From IMG/VR virus record IMGVR_UViG_3300032327_000792: a DNA stretch of 64,000 nucleotides, one strand, 5' to 3'. The position numbers and the translations under genes are program-made. Shown piece after piece: positions 8,183 to 17,937 of the stretch. Positions within the stretch are counted from its first letter, which is position 1. Every line of letters starts with the position of its first letter. Origin of the DNA: a virus (taxonomy: Duplodnaviria; Caudoviricetes). The notes below the pieces were generated by a model, which worked only from the letters and a program-made list of their open reading frames with translations, ran no database searches and had not been told where the DNA came from.

Positions 8183-8697
8183 TATCTCTGCCACCAATCT
8201 TCCCAAGGAAATACTATCCAACAATCATCTTCTGCTTTGTTGATAGTTTGCGCTGTATAGTTAATATCTAATTTGCTCTTGCTTGCTTCGTTGTCCAACA
8301 ATGTGGCCACTCTAACATTTTTACCCCAAACATCCGTGATCCATCTGTCGTCATTGGGTAAACAACTATTTTGCCAGTCTTGCTTGATCCAGTTAAGTGT
8401 GGCGCCGGTATCATTCAGGTCGTCCACAATAAGAATATTTTTGCCCCCGGATTCATTGTTGCCAAATGCATCCTCAGCCATCCATAAATTACTTTCAGTA
8501 TCTTCGTGATCACGTAAACTCACTTTAAGAGTATGCATTTTTACGTCTAAGTATTGGCTGATCATGGTAGCTGGAATCAATCCGCCACGTGTTAGCCCCA
8601 CAATGTAATCGGGTTGCCAGTTGTCACGTTGTAATTGACGTAAGATTTCTTGAACATGATTTTCCACATCTTGCCAAGTTAAAAATATTTTTTTCAT
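8182..8697 (-). CDS. Type I phosphoribosyltransferase (purine PRT-like)
   Basis: IVGLTRGGLIPA, PRPP loop ILIVDDLNDTGAT, WIVFPWE. Confidence 0.85.
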   Translation of the reverse strand: MKKIFLTWQDVENHVQEILRQLQRDNWQPDYIVGLTRGGLIPATMISQYLDVKMHTLKVSLRDHEDTESNLWMAEDAFGNNESGGKNILIVDDLNDTGATLNWIKQDWQNSCLPNDDRWITDVWGKNVRVATLLDNEASKSKLDINYTAQTINKAEDDCWIVFPWEDWWQR

Positions 8698-9503
8698 TGT
8701 TTATACTTTTTAAGTGATTGTTCAATTCCTAGCAACGGCAGTTGATACTGATTCAGTCGGGTTCCGTTACCGGTGTATGATCTTACGTCATGTTCGGACA
8801 CTTGTATTAACTCGCTATTCAGATTATGTAATTGTGCATACATTTTTACAATCTCACTAAGATGATATTTTTTATTATACACTATATTTAGATTGTTGTC
8901 ATGTATTTGTTTAGCCAAAACAGCTTCAACTACAGTCAATAGATCTTGAGCACTGACCATATCAAACAAACGGTCTTTGTAAATTAACAGTGGTTCGTTG
9001 AGTTGACATTTTTTAGCAAACAATTTTAACAGGCGATTGTCACTTTCACTGCTGTCAAAACAACCAAAGACTCGTAGGTTGTAAAAATTTGGTATGGTTT
9101 GTGCAAACTTGGCTATGACGTTTTTACTACGCCCATAACTGTGTTTGGGATTCCTAATCCAAATTTCTTCCTCGGATGCCTCGCATATATCAGTATCAAT
9201 ATCAAACTCTGCACCGCTACCAAAGTTAATAAATTTATCGTAGTATTCTCTATTGACAGCCAGATTATAAAACATACGCAGATTATTTTCTTCAATATCG
9301 GGATCTATAGCATACACACTTTCTCTACCTACCACAGCACAGTGTACAACAGCATCAAATTGTTGTGATTTTAAAAACTCAGTAACTGAATTTAAATCTA
9401 AAAGATCAATTTCTTTTGATGTCGGGGCAATAACATTGTGTTTGAGATGTTGTTTAAGGTAGCGACCAATAAATCCAGTGCCACCCGTTAATAATATTCT
9501 CAT
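8694..9503 (-). CDS. NAD-dependent epimerase/dehydratase (NDP-sugar reductase-like)
   Basis: TGGTGFIG Rossmann motif, YGRSK catalytic motif. Confidence 0.85.
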   Translation of the reverse strand: MRILLTGGTGFIGRYLKQHLKHNVIAPTSKEIDLLDLNSVTEFLKSQQFDAVVHCAVVGRESVYAIDPDIEENNLRMFYNLAVNREYYDKFINFGSGAEFDIDTDICEASEEEIWIRNPKHSYGRSKNVIAKFAQTIPNFYNLRVFGCFDSSESDNRLLKLFAKKCQLNEPLLIYKDRLFDMVSAQDLLTVVEAVLAKQIHDNNLNIVYNKKYHLSEIVKMYAQLHNLNSELIQVSEHDVRSYTGNGTRLNQYQLPLLGIEQSLKKYKQ

Positions 9504-10033
9504 TTACCGTAATCTGGAAATTCAACTAAGATTGTACTACGATCGCTGTTGTAGGCTTTTTGATATGCTGGAAGAATATCTTCTGGATGATGCAACTCCA
9601 CAATGTCAATATTTTTACACATTAATCTAAATGCGTCTGCAAAATTGCCCTTGTGCTGATCTTGTGGGTCAACAGGATTTTCACTGCCCTTGGCCACACG
9701 AATAATAACTTTGGGTCTACAACGTCCGTCACTCATTGATTCCATTTTATCAAGGTGATTGACAATTTGATCTGTGGCCGTTAATAAAAAATTCCATCTT
9801 GGAACAACGCTAACAGGCACCATGCCATTGATTGCCATTCCTGTGCTTACACCAATTTGAAAGTTTTCGGCTACAGGAAACTCCATCTTCTTATTGTTGG
9901 GAACTTCTGTTATGCTTTCATAACACCCTGTGCCCGCATAGCAAACAGCCTGCCCAAGGATCATAACACGATCCTGTGCGCCAAGCCAATTCATTGCCGC
10001 TTTAAGTTGTTGATTATACAGTTGTGTGGTCAT
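9500..10033 (-). CDS. ThDP-dependent dehydrogenase/transketolase E1 beta-like subunit (pyrimidine-binding domain only)
   Basis: ILGQAV, MEFPVAENFQIGVSTGMA, DQIVNH. Confidence 0.8.
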   Translation of the reverse strand: MTTQLYNQQLKAAMNWLGAQDRVMILGQAVCYAGTGCYESITEVPNNKKMEFPVAENFQIGVSTGMAINGMVPVSVVPRWNFLLTATDQIVNHLDKMESMSDGRCRPKVIIRVAKGSENPVDPQDQHKGNFADAFRLMCKNIDIVELHHPEDILPAYQKAYNSDRSTILVEFPDYGK

Positions 10034-10653
10034 TAAAATTGTACCCTTACTCCGGCGCCAGCATGTGGATATTTGTGGTTTTTATATTTGTAATAGATTA
10101 AATGTTTACTTTTGTACCAAACTCTATTTTGTGCAGGTAGATACCACTTGTCAGCGCCCCACATCTCCTGAGTAGGAGTTAGTACGCTTAGTTCATTGTC
10201 TTCTACAACAAATGTAATTGGCAAGTCTTGTGCTTGGGCATACTTGTAGGCTTCGGCCCAGGCACCTGTTTCGGCACTCATATCACCAGTCCAACACCAT
10301 ACATGTTCATCTGTGCCACGAAGCTTTGCGGCAAGTGCCAGACCTGTTGCAATGCTAGGAATTCCACCTACAATGCTTGAACATATAAATTTGTATTCTG
10401 GCAAATTCATAACCATGCTTTTACCAGACATGATGCGTTCCTTAATTACTTCAGATGGAATACCTTTCAACAACGCTTGATAATGATTGCGCCAAGTACA
10501 ACAGATCCAATCTTTTTCGACGTCAATATGTTCAAACACTTGCATGATCTGATCTTCGTTGCCAGCATATAAATGTATAGGAGCACGAATTTCTCCACGA
10601 TTAAATGTTTCGCCTATATCTGTTTCAAAGTCAATTAGATCTTGTTTGTTCAT
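10033..10653 (-). CDS. ThDP-dependent dehydrogenase E1 alpha-like subunit
   Basis: APIHLYAGNE, WRNHY, GDMSAETG...VVEDN ThDP-binding motif. Confidence 0.85.
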   Translation of the reverse strand: MNKQDLIDFETDIGETFNRGEIRAPIHLYAGNEDQIMQVFEHIDVEKDWICCTWRNHYQALLKGIPSEVIKERIMSGKSMVMNLPEYKFICSSIVGGIPSIATGLALAAKLRGTDEHVWCWTGDMSAETGAWAEAYKYAQAQDLPITFVVEDNELSVLTPTQEMWGADKWYLPAQNRVWYKSKHLIYYKYKNHKYPHAGAGVRVQF

Positions 10654-11969
10654 AGATATAAACTCATAAACCCGTCGACCTTTTGCCCAATGTACTCAAT
10701 CTGTTCGGGAGTGATAACTGGACTACATCCATGGAAGTAAGTGTTCTTCATGGTAAAGGTGGCCACTGGATAGTTGTCACGTGCATCCACTGGATTCATT
10801 AAATGACTATACGCAGGTTGCAACATGATGTTACCAGCAAAGTATGGACGTGTCTGTATCAAGTTTTCTTCTAAGTAGTCAACAATGTCCATGCGAGAAA
10901 AAGGAGCATCCTTACGGATAGTCAAAGGAAAAGCAAACCAACTCACATCAGCCTTATCTCTGGCACGTGGCAAGTGGAAGAACTGTTCATACTTTTCATA
11001 GATGGCAAACAATAGATTGTAGTTACGTTGGCGTAAGGTATGTATTTCTGGCAACTTTTTAATTTGTTCAAGCCCCATAGCCGCCTGTAGTTCAATGGGT
11101 TTTAAATTGTAACCAATTTCATCATACACATATTTGTGGTCAAAGATCTCCCCGGGCATTTCTGGAATCCACTCATTGAATCGCTTGCCACAGGTGCCAC
11201 ATTTTAATTTGTTGGCCTCGGGTCCCACACAATAACAACCACGTCCCCATTCACGCAGGCTACGCACAATAATTTCTTGTTGTGGATTATTCATGGCCAC
11301 AAAGCCACCTTCGCCCATGGTCATGTGATGTGCCGGATAAAAACTACAGCTGGCCATCTCGCCAAAACTGCCTAGAGGTTTGCCATCATAGGTTGTGCCC
11401 AATCCATCACAACAATCTTCTAATAGTATTAGATTGTGTTTATCGACCAATTCCATCACACGATCCATGTTAGGTGGGTTACCCAATACATGTGCAAAGG
11501 TTATAATTTTAATGTCCGGATCATTAGCAAGTATCTGTTCTGCTTGATCTAGATCAATGTTTAAGGTATCAATTTCAATATCGCAGAACACTGGCGTAAA
11601 TCCATTTTGTATAGTTGGATTAAGTGTGGTTGGGAAACCGGCAATGGGCATCAATACTTTAGTGCCCGGTGGAAAGTTGTAGCCACGTTTGGATTTCATT
11701 GCTGCCATCATTAGTAAATTTGCACTGCTACCCGAGTTAGTCAATACGCCGCGTGTTTTACCAAATTCCTTTGGAAATTCTTGTTCAAACCGTAGGCTCT
11801 TGTTGCCCATAACCAGCCAACCATTGAGCAAGGCTTCGGCCGCCGCCACATATTCGTCTGACGTAAAATGCGGACCTGCATAGTTAACAAAGTCCTTGCC
11901 AGCTACCCAGGTCTTGTCTGAGTGTTTGGTATCAATGTATTTTTTAATGTCTTCTAATATTTGTTTCAT
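10650..11969 (-). CDS. rfbH: CDP-4-keto-6-deoxyglucose-3-dehydrase (RfbH/DdhC family)
   Basis: SFYPAHHMTMGEGG (His in place of the PLP Lys), RxWGRGCYC...CGxRF Fe-S cysteines, HKYVYDEIGYNLK. Confidence 0.85.
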   Translation of the reverse strand: MKQILEDIKKYIDTKHSDKTWVAGKDFVNYAGPHFTSDEYVAAAEALLNGWLVMGNKSLRFEQEFPKEFGKTRGVLTNSGSSANLLMMAAMKSKRGYNFPPGTKVLMPIAGFPTTLNPTIQNGFTPVFCDIEIDTLNIDLDQAEQILANDPDIKIITFAHVLGNPPNMDRVMELVDKHNLILLEDCCDGLGTTYDGKPLGSFGEMASCSFYPAHHMTMGEGGFVAMNNPQQEIIVRSLREWGRGCYCVGPEANKLKCGTCGKRFNEWIPEMPGEIFDHKYVYDEIGYNLKPIELQAAMGLEQIKKLPEIHTLRQRNYNLLFAIYEKYEQFFHLPRARDKADVSWFAFPLTIRKDAPFSRMDIVDYLEENLIQTRPYFAGNIMLQPAYSHLMNPVDARDNYPVATFTMKNTYFHGCSPVITPEQIEYIGQKVDGFMSLYL

Positions 11970-12691
11970 GTTTGAATACCCAGTTGATTACAAATTTCTT
12001 TCATGATGTTTATTACTGCTTGACTTCCACGGCTACCATGAAAATGTAGCATGTGTGCTTGATTTATATCTATACCGTTCCAATCATTGTGCCAATCTAT
12101 TATCTGTTGGTCCAGGATTCTTAAATTCATTGCTTGATAGGCCATCTTTGGATGCAGACGGTCCGAGTTTGGAATATCTTGACTCCAAAACATGGCGTTG
12201 TGTCTTAGCTGATCAAACCCCCAATTACGGTCTGGATGTGTTTCTCTTTGAGCCAACCACTCTTCACCCAATTTCCATACATTGGTTGACATGGTGTGTG
12301 GATAATATTGTATGTCGTCATTGAAATAGTGTGCAAAATCTCCATAACTTTTTGGATCAGTATTATTGAACAATCGATATTCAGTAAATTTATCTGAAAA
12401 TAATTCTGTAGGCTGAATCATAAGTGTGTCGGCACCGGCCCAGAATATATTACAGGGTTCACGATTCCATAATTCTTTAATGTCCAACCAATTTTGGTAA
12501 GTGCAGGTATCGGTGTTGGTAGCAGGGTCGGTCCATAATATTTCTTCAAACGGTTCCTTGACAAACTTACAAAAACTTGCTAATCTTAGATCATACATCC
12601 GACGATACTGAGCATGCAAGTCTTGATTTTTTTCAAGATGCCAGCCATCTTTGATTGGACGAACAGCACACACTAGATAATTTTTTACCAT
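11966..12691 (-). CDS. Putative glycosyltransferase (GT-A-like)
   Basis: IFWAGADTL DxD-like motif, DQ and LHFHG; sugar-gene context. Confidence 0.5.
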   Translation of the reverse strand: MVKNYLVCAVRPIKDGWHLEKNQDLHAQYRRMYDLRLASFCKFVKEPFEEILWTDPATNTDTCTYQNWLDIKELWNREPCNIFWAGADTLMIQPTELFSDKFTEYRLFNNTDPKSYGDFAHYFNDDIQYYPHTMSTNVWKLGEEWLAQRETHPDRNWGFDQLRHNAMFWSQDIPNSDRLHPKMAYQAMNLRILDQQIIDWHNDWNGIDINQAHMLHFHGSRGSQAVINIMKEICNQLGIQT

Positions 12692-13635
12692 ACAAAATTA
12701 TTCCTATAGTGATTGACTATCTGTTCTAGTTCTTGATCAAACTTAGCTACGGGCATCCATCCTAATTTTTTTAATTTGCTGTCGTCAATTGCATAGCGAA
12801 CATCTTGTCCTTGTCTGGTACTAGGTGTGATAAATGTTTCCCAATTGTCGTCGTGGTTAACGCCGTGGTATAAATGTAGTATTTTTTTAATTACTTCGCG
12901 ATTGGGCAATTCTGTGTTGCCACTGATATTAAATATTTCATTGATACACCCAGCATCAACAATAGACATTACAGCACTAGCAGTGTCTTTGGCATGCAAC
13001 CAAGTACGCACAGGCCTTCCATGATCGTGCAAATCAATTTTTCTGCCGAGCTCAAGATACTTGATTGATTTTGGAATAAGTTTTTCAACATATTGTCCAA
13101 TTCCATAGTTGTTGGTTGGACGTATAATAACATACTTAAGACCGTAGGTGCGAGCCCATGCCAATATCAACATATCGGCAGATGCTTTGGATGCACTGTA
13201 AGGATTGCTGGGTTTTAGTAAATCAGTTTCGGTATGGCTTCCTTGTTCGATATCGCCGTATACTTCGTCCGTTGAAAAATGCAACAACACAGGGGCTTTG
13301 TACTGTGGTTGTTGTTTGATTAGTTCCAGTAGTCTATGAACACCATTAATATTGCTACGTAAAAACACATCACTGCTCATAATCGAATTGTCTACATGTG
13401 TTTCGGCTGCGGTGTTAATTATATAATCGCAATCTACCAGTCTGTCAATATCGTTTATATCTTTGTGCAAGAAAGTAAAGGTGTTATAGGATTCAAACTC
13501 TTTTAAAAATGTCCAGTTACTAGCATAAGTGCCTTTGTCTATACCAAGCACATACCATCCTTGTTCTAAACATTGTCGAGTAACATGGACTCCTATAAAT
13601 CCCAAACATCCGGTTACATATGCAATTTTTTTCAT
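12685..13635 (-). CDS. rfbB: dTDP/NDP-glucose 4,6-dehydratase
   Basis: AAETHVDNSI, STDEVYG, PSNPYSASK, RPTNNYG, EKLIPK, RYAID. Confidence 0.9.
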   Translation of the reverse strand: MKKIAYVTGCLGFIGVHVTRQCLEQGWYVLGIDKGTYASNWTFLKEFESYNTFTFLHKDINDIDRLVDCDYIINTAAETHVDNSIMSSDVFLRSNINGVHRLLELIKQQPQYKAPVLLHFSTDEVYGDIEQGSHTETDLLKPSNPYSASKASADMLILAWARTYGLKYVIIRPTNNYGIGQYVEKLIPKSIKYLELGRKIDLHDHGRPVRTWLHAKDTASAVMSIVDAGCINEIFNISGNTELPNREVIKKILHLYHGVNHDDNWETFITPSTRQGQDVRYAIDDSKLKKLGWMPVAKFDQELEQIVNHYRNNFVW

Positions 13636-14471
13636 TGGTTTTTAAAATTTAATTTAAACTGTTTCATATGATTATTGACGTCATTGGCAGTAAGTTTTTC
13701 CCATGGATCTTGAGTACCTGCTTTGATGTTTTGCCACCAGGCAGTATCTAGTCCCTGTTCTTGCATCCATTGACTTAACTTTTCAGTTTCTTCCATACGT
13801 AATGCAACCCATTTTAGATTGTGAAAATCTCGGGGGTTGCCAGGGTTTCCTTCTAACTCATGCATATTTCTAGCTTTAAATGTTTCGTCTTGGTTGTTGC
13901 CAGTTAAATCGTGACGGTCGTGGGTGACGTGTACAGGAATACGTTCCCAGATATCTAATTTGTAAGCAACCTGACTCAACCATGCATCTGTCAGTGGATG
14001 CGGACTGAGATAACCCAAGGTATCCAACCAAGCCCGGGGCACAATTGGAAATATACTGTAAGGATGATCTCTGTGAGTATGTACTGCCAACAGTTTGAAT
14101 TGATCTGTATAGCTGGCAATAATTTTATCCCAACCAGAACTATCCATGAGAGCATCATCGTTCCAAAAGAACAACCAATCTGCACTGGATTCTCGAGCCA
14201 AAGCGTTGATGTACTCGTTGAGTCGGCTGTAACCCAAGGGTTCAAACTCCATGGCAGTATAGTCCACACCTTTTTGATCTAACCAAGGTTGCAGATGTTC
14301 AACAAAGTGTGTGCGGCCAACATCATCGTCGTTGTCAAATGCAAACATCAATTGAATACGATCAAGCATTACCGCTCGATTGACCAGGCCAATCACACTA
14401 CGACTCAACGCATCGGTGCGGCCACGTGTGGGTAATAACACTGCTATGCTATATTGATTTTTCTTTTTCAT
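13632..14471 (-). CDS. Glycosyltransferase family 2
   Basis: VLLPTRGR, FDNDD, FFWNDDA. Confidence 0.75.
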   Translation of the reverse strand: MKKKNQYSIAVLLPTRGRTDALSRSVIGLVNRAVMLDRIQLMFAFDNDDDVGRTHFVEHLQPWLDQKGVDYTAMEFEPLGYSRLNEYINALARESSADWLFFWNDDALMDSSGWDKIIASYTDQFKLLAVHTHRDHPYSIFPIVPRAWLDTLGYLSPHPLTDAWLSQVAYKLDIWERIPVHVTHDRHDLTGNNQDETFKARNMHELEGNPGNPRDFHNLKWVALRMEETEKLSQWMQEQGLDTAWWQNIKAGTQDPWEKLTANDVNNHMKQFKLNFKNQ

Positions 14472-14473
14472 AT

Positions 14474-14632
14474 TCACCAATGTCTAATAACTCCAGCAAT
14501 AATAAACATGTTAGTAATTATGTAACATGCTACTATCGCTGTACGAATCCAGGCAATTCGATCTGCTTCTGCATCCGAACTGCCTGCTTTTTCGCCTAGG
14601 GCTTTTGCCCATATATGCCATAGTCTACGCAC
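14474..14632 (-). CDS. Small membrane protein (52 aa)
   Basis: Hand-translated MRRLWHIWAKALGEKA...IVACYIITNMFIIAGVIRHW; one TM helix; abuts the queD stop. Confidence 0.65.
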   Translation of the reverse strand: MRRLWHIWAKALGEKAGSSDAEADRIAWIRTAIVACYIITNMFIIAGVIRHW

Positions 14633-15082
14633 TTAACCCTCGTAGATAGCCGAGTTAGCACCGTGTTCTGCACATTCTACCCTTACGCAATAGCAACGGT
14701 TGTTGGTTTTTTCTCGAATCAACCGATCAGCAAAGTTAAAAGCATGTTCGGCAAACTTCTCTGCACCTACACCATCAAACATTCTGATCTCTGCCAGATT
14801 CAATGCTTCTAGTTCTTGGAACTTGGCTAGATGTGGATCTTGATAATCCAATGCCAATTTGTGATCAAAGTGATCTTCCAGCCATGCTTTGAGCGGTTTG
14901 AGTCCGCCAAAGTCTACTGCCCAGTTCTTGTTGTCTAATGAATCACAGCCAAACGTGAATGTGAATGCTAGACTATAGCCATGTAGCAAGTGACAATGTG
15001 AATGATCGGCGTTGGGTTGACGAAACACCGCACTCAATCCAATGTTGTGTCCGTAGTGTTTTGTTGAGTAATACGTTGCCAT
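14633..15082 (-). CDS. queD: 6-carboxy-5,6,7,8-tetrahydropterin synthase
   Basis: HSHCHLLHGY, WAVDFGGLK, FDH, C-terminal EHGANSAIY. Confidence 0.9.
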   Translation of the reverse strand: MATYYSTKHYGHNIGLSAVFRQPNADHSHCHLLHGYSLAFTFTFGCDSLDNKNWAVDFGGLKPLKAWLEDHFDHKLALDYQDPHLAKFQELEALNLAEIRMFDGVGAEKFAEHAFNFADRLIREKTNNRCYCVRVECAEHGANSAIYEG

Positions 15083-15101
15083 TTATAGTCTCCTATGTTA
15101 A

Positions 15102-15130
15102 ATTATAGCATAGGCGGCAGAGTTTGTAAA
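15102..15130 (-). promoter_or_regulatory. Possible sigma70 promoter upstream of queD
   Basis: TTTACA-N17-TATAAT with extended -10 TG; overlaps a candidate RNA structure. Confidence 0.6.
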
Positions 15131-15165
15131 GCGGGAATGACGCCAAAAGACCGCTGTTGAAGATG

Positions 15166-15558
15166 TTATTTATTCTTGTAATTACCCATGCCAGGAATTG
15201 TGTTGCGTACTCCGCCCACTGGATCAGCAACATCACCTTTCCTCCGCGGAATCAAATGTATGTGTGGCCATTCCACAGTCTGTCCAGCGGCTTCCCCATA
15301 GTTTAATCCAATATTGAACCCGTCCCATTGCCCCGACTCAACCATTTTTTTACCATAGCGGGCAGCATCTTCAAATGCGTCAGCAAGAACACCCAAGGTG
15401 TTGTATCGAGGAACAAACAACAAGTGGCCTGCAGTACATGGATATCGGTCTAGGAATACTCTGACATGAAAGTCTTCGCTGATCACTTGATCCCATGGTG
15501 CAGAACTATCTTCGACCAAGTCTGGTTGATTTTCAACTATACATTCTTTACGTGGCAT
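15166..15558 (-). CDS. HIT family nucleotide hydrolase
   Basis: GHLLFVP, FNIGLNYGEAAGQTV, HIHLIPR histidine triad. Confidence 0.92.
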   Translation of the reverse strand: MPRKECIVENQPDLVEDSSAPWDQVISEDFHVRVFLDRYPCTAGHLLFVPRYNTLGVLADAFEDAARYGKKMVESGQWDGFNIGLNYGEAAGQTVEWPHIHLIPRRKGDVADPVGGVRNTIPGMGNYKNK

Positions 15559-15567
15559 ACAATTCCT

Positions 15568-17907
15568 TTAAAAACTAATTTGAACATTGCCAATAATGCT
15601 GTGTTGTTGTTGACTGGTCACTATACCGTTGATTCGGTATGAAACTTTTTTGTTGACACGATCGCTGTAGCTAAATCTAGCATAAGCCACAGTTGGACTA
15701 TACACATCGGCAGTTGTGTTAGTATATTGTATTTGTCCTTGATTGTCAACGCCTGTTGGCAAAGTAATATTGGCAGTGCCGCTGATTACTTTGGGTAACA
15801 TACCGGCATAGGTCTGAAAGTGTTTCCACTCGTACCCGGCTTCGGCCCATATACTACTGATTGGATTGATACGGTTTACCAAACCTTGCTCAATTTCGGT
15901 ACTGGAATACATTAAACCTAGCTTGCTGACAAATGCTCCTTGTCGGTTGGTCAATGTAGATTCCAATGTACTTGAGCTTTTTACCAATCCCCAACTGCCG
16001 TTGAGCTGCACAAAGGGACTAAATGGCATACGAGTGTATTGTACACTAAGACTGGTATCCTTGTCTATATTGATACCAGTCATACCTACCACCATGTTTC
16101 GATTATCTTCGGAACCGCCAAATTTAAATCCGTTGTGTTTGAAAGCCTGAATACCGGATACTTGTGCTCCTCTTGTGTCATCGTCGATGTTTTCTACAAA
16201 ACGTCCCCATAAATTCATAATACCCGGAGTGTTAGTTGATGAGTAATTCATTGTAAAATCACGGCCGACGCTGTCAACAACACTGACTCTGTTGGCAACA
16301 CCATTTAGATTGATACCTCCAATGTGGCCACTGAGATTCATCAGTCGTCCATTCACTGGCAAACTTAAAGTACCTATAGGATTCAGTGCTTTGTCGGAAT
16401 CAAGTACATTGAGACCAAACCAGGTAGTTGAACTTCGAGACAACACAGTGTTTACTTGAGCGTCACTCATCCAGGGCCATTGTTGTTTAATTGCGGTTGC
16501 TGTGGCTTGAGCACTGGGTGTATTGGTTCCTAGTTTGCTGAGATAAATGGCTTTTTGATGTTGTCCCCCAGAACTGTAACTAATAGCTGTGGCCAAATAA
16601 GTTGAACCATCAGGCCCTTGCACAAATACAATACCGTTGGCTCCGTTGCTGGCGCTGGCATTGATGGCCTGTTCAATATTGATTGATTGATCTTGGAATG
16701 CCTTGAGCACTGTGGCATGACTGGCCACATATTTGTGATCGGCAGTATGAATCAACACCTGACTAGAACCAGTACCGTTCCAGTCTGGGCTGCTCAACAC
16801 AATATCGATCAACCCATCGTTGTTGACGTCAGCAAGTTTGGGATTGTAACTGGCAGACGTATTATGGTTGTAACCAATCAATGTAGTGTCTGTTACATCA
16901 ATAAAAACACCACCACCTTGATTTTTCAAGAACTGTACTTCACTATAGTTTGGCCATTGTCCACCGGATATCCACGGTCGACCAATAACAACAGCACTGG
17001 TCCTACCGCTGTTGTCAAAGTCAAATGCCAATGCTCTAATGTCATGAGATCCGCTGAATCCGTAACTGGCCCACTTAGGTAATAGAAATCTTGACGTTGG
17101 CAACAAACTTTCCTGGGTCAACACAAGATTACCACCAGTAATTGACCAACTGACCAGTCTGTTTGCACCAAACGAGTCAGTCATGATCATGGTACTGGTT
17201 CCGTTGCCCAAAAAGTCTGCGACCGCAATGCCCGATCCGCCTCCCACTGAACTGGTATTGGTATAGTTTGTAAATGTACGATCGGCATTGCCAAAACTAA
17301 ATCGCACATCGTGACCAAAACTCATGGTAACAATATCACTACGACCGTCATTGTTTAGATCATACACAGCACTATCATGACTCAATATGTTACCAAAGTT
17401 AATATTGCTTCGTGTGAAGTTTGATCCGTTGTTAAAAAACACAGCACCAGGACCATAAACACTGGTATCAGTGTATGGAGGAGCATACATATCCTTGCGA
17501 CCATCACCGTCAAAGTCACCAAACTTTACTTGAGCTTCTGTACCAATGATTTGATTGTCTGTGCCCGAAAACCATTGCGATGTTTGATTGACCAACGTTC
17601 CGTTTGACCATCCAAAAATAGAAAGATTGTAGGTAGAGTATGTGCCAGCATCGGGATTCATGCGTCCGGTTACAATTAGTTCCTGCCCTGTCCCACCAGA
17701 AATATTTTCTGCGTACAATGCAGTGTGATCGTATTTGTAAGAAGCACTGTTGATCGGAGTAACTGATCCTACTCTTGTGGGTGTAGAAAATGGCACCTGT
17801 CGATCAATATAGGTTTGATTACTGGCACCCCCTCCTCCTCCACAGGCAGAAAGAGTAGCAATTGCTGAGGATACAGAAACAGCTAAAACAGTTCGACGAA
17901 ACTTCAT
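15568..17907 (-). CDS. Lipoprotein with FG-GAP/VCBS repeats and a predicted C-terminal beta-barrel
   Basis: Signal peptide MKFRRTVLAVSVSSAIATLSAC with a lipobox; DFDGDGRKD, DLNNDGRSD, DFDNSG and DVNNDGLID repeats; ends VQISF. Confidence 0.7.
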   Translation of the reverse strand: MKFRRTVLAVSVSSAIATLSACGGGGGASNQTYIDRQVPFSTPTRVGSVTPINSASYKYDHTALYAENISGGTGQELIVTGRMNPDAGTYSTYNLSIFGWSNGTLVNQTSQWFSGTDNQIIGTEAQVKFGDFDGDGRKDMYAPPYTDTSVYGPGAVFFNNGSNFTRSNINFGNILSHDSAVYDLNNDGRSDIVTMSFGHDVRFSFGNADRTFTNYTNTSSVGGGSGIAVADFLGNGTSTMIMTDSFGANRLVSWSITGGNLVLTQESLLPTSRFLLPKWASYGFSGSHDIRALAFDFDNSGRTSAVVIGRPWISGGQWPNYSEVQFLKNQGGGVFIDVTDTTLIGYNHNTSASYNPKLADVNNDGLIDIVLSSPDWNGTGSSQVLIHTADHKYVASHATVLKAFQDQSINIEQAINASASNGANGIVFVQGPDGSTYLATAISYSSGGQHQKAIYLSKLGTNTPSAQATATAIKQQWPWMSDAQVNTVLSRSSTTWFGLNVLDSDKALNPIGTLSLPVNGRLMNLSGHIGGINLNGVANRVSVVDSVGRDFTMNYSSTNTPGIMNLWGRFVENIDDDTRGAQVSGIQAFKHNGFKFGGSEDNRNMVVGMTGINIDKDTSLSVQYTRMPFSPFVQLNGSWGLVKSSSTLESTLTNRQGAFVSKLGLMYSSTEIEQGLVNRINPISSIWAEAGYEWKHFQTYAGMLPKVISGTANITLPTGVDNQGQIQYTNTTADVYSPTVAYARFSYSDRVNKKVSYRINGIVTSQQQHSIIGNVQISF

Positions 17908-17937
17908 AAGAAAACTCACAGTAGTTACAATATAAAC

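Noticed and set aside
9500-10653. Pyruvate dehydrogenase auxiliary metabolic gene
   Set aside because: The subunits are truncated, there is no E2/E3, and they sit among NDP-sugar genes.
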